Source of the DNA: Mizuhopecten yessoensis
Lineage: Eukaryota
Assembly: GCF_002113885.1 (NCBI RefSeq)
Contig: NW_018407322.1
Coordinates: 1,105,026-1,169,025 of the forward strand
DNA length: 64,000 nt
Reading direction: 5' to 3'
The notes under the pieces were generated by a model, which searched no databases, had not been told where the DNA came from, and saw only the letters and a program-made list of their open reading frames with translations. Positions 55,326 through 64,000 of this stretch are shown here, in pieces. Numbering within the stretch: position 1 is the first letter of the stretch; each line of letters opens with the position of its first letter. The position numbers and the translations under genes were made by a program.

Positions 55326-55942
55326 AGGTAGCAGTGTACAGTAGCGTACGGTGGCCATGGGTGATATTTTTGTACAATGAATAACCCATGTAATATTACA
55401 TGTATCAAAGTTTTAAAACAAAGCAGCACTAGTATTGGCATATACATGATCAAGTGGACTATATGGGCTTCACTTTAAAAAAAAAAATCGATTTTGGTCT
55501 GAGACTTTATTTTTATGTCATTTAAAAATCTGTGTCTACACAACAAAAGCTAGCTTTCCATGTAGTCTATTTTTGTACTCAGTATATGTGTAAATATTGT
55601 GAAAAATCCAGTTGAACGACCTATGCTAAATCGTGAGTATTTCTGTTACCGAGTAGTTGACATTCAACTTAAGACAGGTATTAAGAAAAGTTTGGGTTAA
55701 AAATCATGTTATTTTTGCATTTTTTGGTGTTTTTTGATGTGGTAACCATGGTTTTCACAAGTGCCAAATCTGGGGAAATCACTTTTTGGAAAAAAATGCA
55801 TTCTTCCAAAAAAATAATAATTTCAAAATGTAGTTTTTAAGTATATACAGTGTGTTGTGCAGGATATATCCCCTATCCGTGCTTATCTGAGACATGCCCT
55901 TTATTTTAAGGATCAAGCCATTTCTACTGTACTCTGCTACCT
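55326..55942. mobile_element. Non-autonomous TIR DNA transposon (MITE), possibly Kolobok-type
   Basis: Left end aggtagcagtgtacagtag vs reverse complement of the right end aggtagcagagtacagtag (18/19). The flanks are degenerate TTAA-like and there is no ORF. The superfamily is inferred from the RR terminus and TTAA context. Confidence 0.6.
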
Positions 55943-57862
55943 TACGTTGTCGTCCATTTAATATACTTAAACAACTATCACATTAACCATCATTCATAAT
56001 ATACATTGAAGAAAAAATAGAAGTATACTCCTCTTTTACATTACAAATGGTGATGGACTTGACAAACTATGTCGTTATCAACTGCATTTGTTGTCGTTTT
56101 CCGAAAAAATAATAATAATGATGTTATTTTATTATGATATTTTATTTTCAGTTATTTTCTTTTCACGGTAATGCTTTTGTTCATCAGTTAACAGTTTTTC
56201 CCCACATTTCTGTGTTCTTTCGTTATAACCGTCGCAACCTTGGTGTAAATATGCTCCTTTTCTGGTTTTACCTTTGACAGTGTAGATAATATAGCAATTC
56301 TTTTCTCTCAGTACCTTTTGCTGGATTATTTAGCAAGACTAATAAGCTTAATGGTTTTTAAATTCTTGTATTATAACGATTTCCTATTAATTTTCATGTC
56401 GTTTCATGTTCTGTATAATGAAATTTCAACTCAACAAAAAGGTTTCTCTGTCACTTTTTGTCTGTGAAGAAGTTTTATTAAAGCTCCAAGCTTCAGGTTC
56501 GAATTTCTTTTTCATTAAGCATAAAACAAAAATCAAAATTATAATCGCAAAACATAGACGGCGAATTTTTCACACGCTTTTAATACATATCTTATAGCAT
56601 GAAATGGTCCATTCCTTATTTATTAGCCGTAGATTTCTACTGAATCCTAAATGCCAAGGAATGAAGTTGGTCTTTTTTTTAAAATTTGTACACGTTTTCA
56701 GTGTAAATATGTTAACACTTTTCGATGTTTCGTTATCAAGTTTGACCTGGACGTTTATAATACTCCTCAATATGATACAATAAACAACGATTGGGAGTTA
56801 TCCCCAACTATAGATATTGCTGAGGATTTTTGCATATTAATTCCGACATAAATCTTCATCTTCTGCGAAATTGTTTTAGTCGTGAAGATTATACAATGTA
56901 TCAGCTTGAGAATGAATCAGGCGATATTTGCTCTGTAATGGCTGCAACTGCATATGGCTATCGCAGCAACCATAGGCAGTGTCATTACCAACTGCATTGC
57001 AGCAAAATACATACATGTAATACGCATCTCCTTCATAGTAAGTTTGCAGCATAACAATTAGCACATCTATAACACAGAAAAGACATTTGAAATCAGTTCA
57101 ATAGCTATATTATTTTTGTCCAAGGCTTTATCATTTAAATTCCAAGCAACGAAACTTCTAGAAAGAAGATTTGCCTGATTTAACAGTGTCATGATATGGG
57201 CATGTTGACATCATGAACATATTTCAGGCTTTTTATTATTATAACGTCGTAAATATGTTCGTGTTACAGTTTCGAAACTAAAAATACAAATTGCATTTAA
57301 GTCGTCATAGTGTTCCAACTGTCTTATTTCCACGTCATCTTTTAGATTTGACTTGTGTCAGTCATATTTTATTTTGTCTCTGATTGGTTGAATTGGTTGG
57401 GGAGAAAACGCCATACCTATTTATAGATAATATCTGTTTAACCGACGAACATTTTGTCGGTTTTCCAAAATAGTTACATCATTTCTAAAAATATATAAAA
57501 GTGCTGACGCATTTATTGGACGGTGTAGACGTGGTCTGTTATCATTTGTAGACAGTCGTCCAAGTTAGGGGCATTCGAACACAAGAGATTATGTAAATGT
57601 CTCCTCAGTTCTGTGGTTGTAAATTTAAACTGCTTTTGCTCAAATGGTTTCTCAGTAGTCAAAACTTTCTTAATATTGAAAAATATGTATCCTCACATTA
57701 AAACATATCGTTATACGGGACATTAAGAACAACAAATTTCCCTTTTGTTTGTTTGTTTTTCTCCTGATTTAGTATTAGGTCAGTTTACACCGACTATAGA
57801 ACTCTTTTCGAAACAACTAATCTTTACATTCTTTAAATATGACCTTGACGTTTTCAGATATA

Positions 57863-58391
57863 ATGGCTGCGGCTTCAGCCCATGGGTATGGTCTGGTGGA
57901 TGACAAGTTGGTTAAGGCCACACAAGAATGTCTGGACACAGGCAGCATCATGCCGATGCTCAAGGAAGAACTCAGATGTACTATACAAAACAGACGACTA
58001 GCGGAGGGCAAGACAGAACTGACCGTTCAATTCACACCCCCAACAGAGCAACAGGTGAGTTGAATCAACCTTTAATAAGGATGTGAGTTGACGGTATTTT
58101 CCCTATGGTATCATTGTGTGTAAATACTGTGGTGATTCTTCCTTTTCCACTTCACATAGACTTATTTCATAAATAAATTTATCATTGAAATTCCAAAAAT
58201 GAAGTTTATTGATGTAACACGGATAACCGTATTAATTGAAATCGATGTCTTTTTAACAATGACTACATGCCCTTCCCTTACAGCTTAATGCAGAAGAGAT
58301 CATAAAGAAGGAAAACAGAAGGGAACAGAACAGAAGAGCAGCACGAAAGTTTCGCCAGAAACAAGCTACATTATCTCAAAACTTCCAAAAG
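57863..58391 (+). CDS. ATF3-like: ATF3/Fos-family bZIP transcription factor, paralog D, partial; exons 57863-58054 and 58284-58391; zipper exon not found in the window
   Basis: IMPMLKEELRCTIQNRR motif; 108-nt basic exon LNAEEIIKKENRREQNRRAARKFRQKQATLSQNFQK. Acceptor ttttcag at 57851-57857; candidate TATA at about 57493 and non-coding exon donor at about 57593. Confidence 0.87.
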
Positions 58392-58468
58392 GTAGCGTCT
58401 AAATGTTCTTCTATCTCATGCCTTCCAAAGGAAAATATAACACTCGTAGGTAAAAATACACAATAGTT

Positions 58469-58630
58469 TAAGGAATAACCAGGATTATTGTTGGGGAAAT
58501 ACGGTATATACCGTCAAAAACTGTGTGCATTTTGCATAAATCCGCGGAACGAAGTGGTTTATGCGCAAAACTGCACAGTTTTTTTCGGTATATACCATAT
58601 CACTCCAACAATAATTCCTGTTATCCTTTA
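58469..58630. mobile_element. ~160-bp palindromic (foldback/MITE-like) element
   Basis: The arm aaggaataaccaggattattgttgg...cggtatataccg..aaaaactgtg..tttgcataaa pairs with tttatgcgcaaa..cacagtttttt.cggtatatacc...ccaacaataattcctgttatcctt. Confidence 0.7.
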
Positions 58631-59366
58631 TTATCCTTTATTACTTAATTAAAAAGTCAGATACCATTTTTTATTGATACTTAGAGGATATTTATACATT
58701 TCTGATAAAAATTGGGTTTTTGCACAAAACACCACATGGTGCAGTAATATCTTCCCCAAACGTAATATCGATCTTCGCCATGCAACTTCAACCAATATGT
58801 AATAAGAATTACGCACCAAACATTGCAGTATAGGACGCCATCACTTTGCGTGCTGTCTTGTTTAGGTTATGCGATATAACCTGAACATTTCTACCATGGG
58901 GGGAACAGTCAACATATAATCATTACTATATAAACACAGAACATCGTTATCTGACTTCAAACGATTCAAGGCAAATATAGAAAAACAATTAATATATTGT
59001 CAGATTGTTTCAAAATGGTGATATTCTAATCCTTGTTATGGGTCTATATGTTGAATTCATTATTTTCAATTTATGTAAGCATTCTAAATGTCAAATTTAA
59101 CAATTATTATTAGATAGAAAAAGTGAAGATGCTTACTTATTTACAAGCATTGACATTTTACTGAACATTTTTTTTTTCAAATTTGAGCCACTTAAATGCT
59201 AGCAGGTATTCATGTCATTGACCAGTGCTTCGTAAAATTTTTCATACAATTTTCTATACAACTAAGGTCTTTTTTGCATATCTCGTCTGTTTTAACAGTA
59301 GTTAAGACCAATTACAATTTCGAACGTTTTGGCCCCCGGGATGTCTTAAAATGACGAAACAGCTGT

Positions 59367-62300
59367 ATTTCATTTCAACAGATTTTATTGACATGGTGTT
59401 ATGGTCAAATGGATCGAATAACAGGCAAGCCTATATAAATTCTTTCCATAGGTGGCTAGAGTATTACAATAATATTATAGAACTATAGCTAAATATTTTG
59501 AAATGAAAATAAATAAATGTAAACGATAAAGTGATTAAAGGGAGGTAACTCACTTTGATTATTTACAATACAACTTAGGACATACACACACCGATACCGA
59601 CACACACACACAAACAAAACATAAATATAGTTATTAATTATCATAATTACACGTGTACACATGAGATACTATTTACCATTCGATACAGTTAGGTAGATAG
59701 ACCAAAAGTCCATGTACAAGTTCTGCACAGGTTATCACCACCTAAACTGTGTATTAATTTATTTATATGTAACTATTTAATCTACAGATTTAACCCGATA
59801 TGTACATTTATCAAAAGTATAAGTAAAACATTGTGTAGAGGAGCACAAAATAATAAATGAAAATAAATATTTATTACATAATGAAATAAATTCACAACCA
59901 TGTTCAACTGTTTTCATAGAAAATTACAGTTTTTTGTCAATATAATGGCTTTTTATATCTTGTAAAAGTTAAAACGTTTGGATTTCCCTTCACAATTAAG
60001 ACAGCCTTGTAAAATAATTTCAATATCGATATGGTTAAAGTCAAGGGCATAATTACTGAGTGAGTTGAATAAATTAATCCTCAAACCATAGTAAATAGGA
60101 CATTCTAAATCAAAATGAGAGTCTGTTTCCAATACATATGAACAAGGACATACTGGACTATCAGTTAGGTAATCATGATGCAAATCAAACTTTAAATCAC
60201 TACAACAATTTCTAGGTTAGGAAAGAATAATGTTTGCCCTTCTATCACCTTCAGTTTTGAAAATTTGAACAGATTCACTATCAGTTATAGCCTTTTTATC
60301 TAACAGTCATTTAAAACTTGTAAGTGTAGGAAAGTCAAAAAGATTAGTATCAGTGTTGTTAGCTGTGCGGCACATGAAATGAAAGAAGCTGTCAAAGTAG
60401 CTATTAGTTCTGCATATTGGTGGGTTAAAAGGTCTAGTTTGTCGGAAAGAATAATGATTTTCATTAGGATTGTTTGTAATGGGGATCAACACATCTTGTA
60501 AATATTGCGATGAGAGTCCATTCATTAATTTATCCATCATGATATATTTGTGTTTCTCTCTTCTGGCAGCCAGAGTTTCCCAACCGAGTTCGGTATAAAG
60601 TTTATTATGAGATGCTCCTGACCGAACAACGCCTGTAATAATTCTTGCTGCTTCTAATTGTATAATTTTTTGAAGATCTGATGATTGTTGTGTGCAGTTA
60701 TCCCAAACTATGTCAGCATATTCCAAAATTATAAATATAAATTATAATTAATGTTTGTCGATTTACTTTTTGATATATGTTCTGAATAAGTTGTTTCCAT
60801 GGTGCATCATCTTGAAGGGTAAGTCCAAAGTGTGTATGTGATGTAGTGTCTGTAATTTGGCTGTTTTGAAAAGTTATATTGGGGAGATTTGTGTTATGTT
60901 TCCTTGAAAATATAACTGATTTAGTTTTATTAGGGTTAAATTGTATGTCCCATGTGTTTGCCTGTTCATTCATGTTTGTAAGGTCAGTTGTTAGTGCTTG
61001 TGCTGCTTGCTGGGTCTTCATCTATAATTACATAAAGAGAGGTGTCGTCTGTAAAAAGCCTAATATTAGTGGAAATAGTTTCGGTGATATCATTGATGTA
61101 AAGAAGGATTAGAAGTGGGCCAAGGACAAATCCTCGAGGTACCCCTGCATTAATAACCTGGTATTGAGAAAAATAACCCTTAGTACTAACTCTTTGCATG
61201 CTGTCTGTAAGTTTTTTTGGAACCAGATAAGTACATTTCCATCAACAGCATAGTTTTTTAGTATATGTAGAAGACCTTGGTGCCACACACGGTCAAAAGC
61301 TTTACTGAAAATGACCTGATTGTTAGATTCAAGAGCGGGGATAGAGGAGGATTTGTTAGAAAAGTTAGTGATAGATTTTGCTATCTTCCAGCAATTGTCT
61401 GGAGGGACCATACTATCATTTACAAAATATAAACCTTAACTCCTTTCTCTGATCCATATTAACAATTTCATTATATATGAACAATAACTGATTTACTGTA
61501 GAATCTTCTGGTGTAAATCCTTACTGATGCTTAGTTATAATAGAATTTTCAACTAGGTAATTATAAAGATATTTGAAAATATTGTGTTCCATTAATTTAC
61601 TAAGACAAGAAGTTTGAAACATCATTAGTTGAACTATTTCCTTTATAAATAGCATTAATGTTTGCTGGTTTCCAACTATTTGGTAAAGTTCATGATTTTA
61701 AAGATTTATGAAATAATAGTGTGAGGGGTAATCTCAGAGAGGACCTGGTTGTTGGATTCAAGAGGGGGGATAGAGGAGTATTTGTTAGAAAAGTTAATGA
61801 TAGATTTTGCTATCTTCCAGCATTTGTCTGGAGGGACCATAATATCATTTAGTGAATTTTCAAGATTTTTTAGTAATTTGCTTTTGCTTCCTGAATCAGG
61901 TCAATAGTTTCATTTCTAAGAATACAAAATCTGTGCCAATAATGAGGATTATTATTTATTTTAGCCTTTTTTTGTGTATTCTGTTTCTTTGTCTCAGTCT
62001 TATGGTGTTGTTCATCCATGGTTTATCATTTGGGCGTACAGTTATCCCTTTGTGGGAATAACATTTTTGACCTGTTCCGTTAAACAATTAATTATAGAAG
62101 CATTAAATAGCTCAGTGTCCTGATTCGATGATAAATTCAACCAATCAACATTAAAAAGAGCATTATTCATACTTTCAAAATTAGCTTCATCATATTTCAG
62201 AATGGTCTTTTTATAGCTCACTTATTTAAATATGTTAAAAGAAATTTGGGCATGAACTGATGAGTGATCACTACAGAATGGTGCTGATACATAGGTACTT

Positions 62301-62960
62301 TTGATTTTGTTTCTGTTATTAGATGATATAATATATATGAATGTTGCACTGTCAGGTGTTATTCGTGTAGATTCATTAATAAAACTAGATAGATTATGTT
62401 TGATAAGGAGTCTTAATAAGTGATCATTTAATGTTAGGTTTAACATATCAATATTAATATCACCTGTTAGTAACATACACCCATAGAAGTATCAGTAGCT
62501 CTAGTTAATGTATCATCAAGTTTGTTCCAGTAGTCAATGTTACTGTCTGGTCTATACAAATAACCAAGGAGAAATTTAATTAAAAGAAAATAATTAAAAC
62601 CTCTGACCAAAGTAGCTCTACATCATCCCTTTCTAAGTCAGCTCTTCGTTTCATAATAACAGTGTTATTGTTATATACTATAACCCCACCCCCTGGACCA
62701 GTAGTTCTATCTTTTCTATGAGGAGTAGGAGTAAAGGACTCGAGTGTAATTGAATGTCAGTGTTGCTTATCAATGGATTTAAATGTGATTCAGTCAGACA
62801 TACTATATCGTTACTTACAAGTTCAGTTTCAATGAAGGAAGATTTGTTTCTAAGGGATCGTACATTAAGGTGAACCATATTAAGATTGTGTAACGGTCCA
62901 GGATTACTTTCAACATCAAAACAGAGGCATATGATAATAAACTGTGTAACTAAAAAAACT
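59367..62960 (-). mobile_element. Decayed APE-type non-LTR retrotransposon (CR1/L2 group) in intron 2 of paralog D, antisense; its 5' UTR may extend to about 63400
   Basis: Frameshifted ORF2 pieces lie in the expected order: endonuclease (HLNVRSLRNK, DIVCLTESHL, GDINID, SDH), RT (FSKAFDRVWH, GVPRGFVLGPLL..LYINDI, LFTDDT, FNPNKT) and C-terminus (EYADIVWDNC, CPC...ETDSHF..ECP). The 3' end is aataaaatctgttgaaatgaaat. Confidence 0.92.
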
Positions 62961-64000
62961 CAAAACATGAAGACGATAAATTATATAGACAATCAGATTA
63001 ATAGAAGCCATTATATAAATTCTTGAAATCAAATACGATTAAGTTTTGAAATATTTTAAACCACCGGCGATCCACCATAATTTGGATATAGTTACCCATT
63101 ATCAAACTGGAAAAAATTAACGTCTTGGCAGGATAGGTCGAGCATCCGGCAGCACAGGACTACATCAGGCGGGATACATGAGAACCAGTTGAACATAGTT
63201 GTGAGATACTATGACAAAAAAACAACACATGGATACAATAATCAAACACACACACGCACGCATTTTGTAGGAAAACGGAAGTGACTCTGACTTGTCAGGG
63301 TGCTTGGGACGCTTGAAAACACAGGTCCTTGTGAAACAGCTGAATGATGAAGTGTAGTTCATTTTTGGCATACTGTATCATGTGTGTGTGTGCTACGTTC
63401 CTTTTTCATTCATTATTACATTTTACATTCATGTTTTCATTCATGTTTTACATTTTTGCCAGTGAATTATCGAATTCTATCAAATTGATGAAATGATATC
63501 TCTAACACTGTAAGTTTATCAAAAAATATATTTTTACCGGTTAAAATATCCCTTCGAGAATCCACCAATCAAAACGATACTTTCCATTCACTTCATTCAA
63601 TGCAGAAGATTAATTCTTCATATTGAAATTAAAGAATAATCAAACAAATGGTTGGCAAATTTCCGCAGGAAACGGTATAATTGTATTGAGCAGCCCATTC
63701 AATTGTTGCACAGCCTTGTTGTCAAGCTTACGTCATAAGAATATGGCGCCAACGATTACGTTATTACCGTTGCAGTAACATCTATCGACGATGCGGATAT
63801 TTTTAGAATGTATCAAATGGAACATTTTATGTTTTCCCGTTGAAAACCATAGTTATTCAATTCACCTGTACGGCGTTATATACAACACTGGTGAAAAGTA
63901 TCGGTATTCTAACATGCTGTTGAATTACATATGGTATTAAACGGAAAATGTTCACTTTCGTTTTTAAAGATTGCATCGAAGTTTTCCGTATCTCCCAGTT

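Noticed and set aside
63120-63350. GC-richer LINE 5' region as a self-cleaving ribozyme
   Set aside because: I could not identify HDV-like or hammerhead core pairings by eye; an Infernal/RNArobo search would be needed.
63606-63626. Candidate exon 3 of paralog D (tgcag|AAG ATT AAT...)
   Set aside because: Reads KINSSY* with no heptad pattern or similarity to the other zipper exons.

Overview
AT-rich, intron-containing animal genomic DNA. The repeat types suggest a bivalve mollusc such as a scallop (inference). From left to right: (1) the last three coding exons of Arpin, the Arp2/3 inhibitor; (2) a two-exon gene for a secreted 8-Cys, probably amidated prepropeptide with eclosion-hormone-like Cys spacing, behind a CRE/CCAAT/TATA promoter; (3) a same-strand tandem array of ATF3/Fos-family bZIP genes. 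The array has three complete genes (A 18315-19998, B 41476-42788, C 49644-50604), a fourth (D, from 57863) whose zipper exon is not in the window, and a broken duplicate of B. In that duplicate, coding exon 1 and most of exon 2 are replaced by about 9.3 kb carrying an intronless OTU-protease ORF and satellites. All four basic regions have Phe in place of the canonical AP-1/ATF3 Cys (NxxA[A/S]xxFR, as in fungal Yap1). Gene B is followed by a minisatellite made of perfect AP-1 sites. A decayed antisense CR1/L2-type LINE in intron 2 of gene D carries a 2A-like DVESNPGP motif in frame with its endonuclease. The remainder is minisatellites, a SINE, MITE-like elements and a second LINE fragment. Gene models were spliced by eye and no database searches were run.
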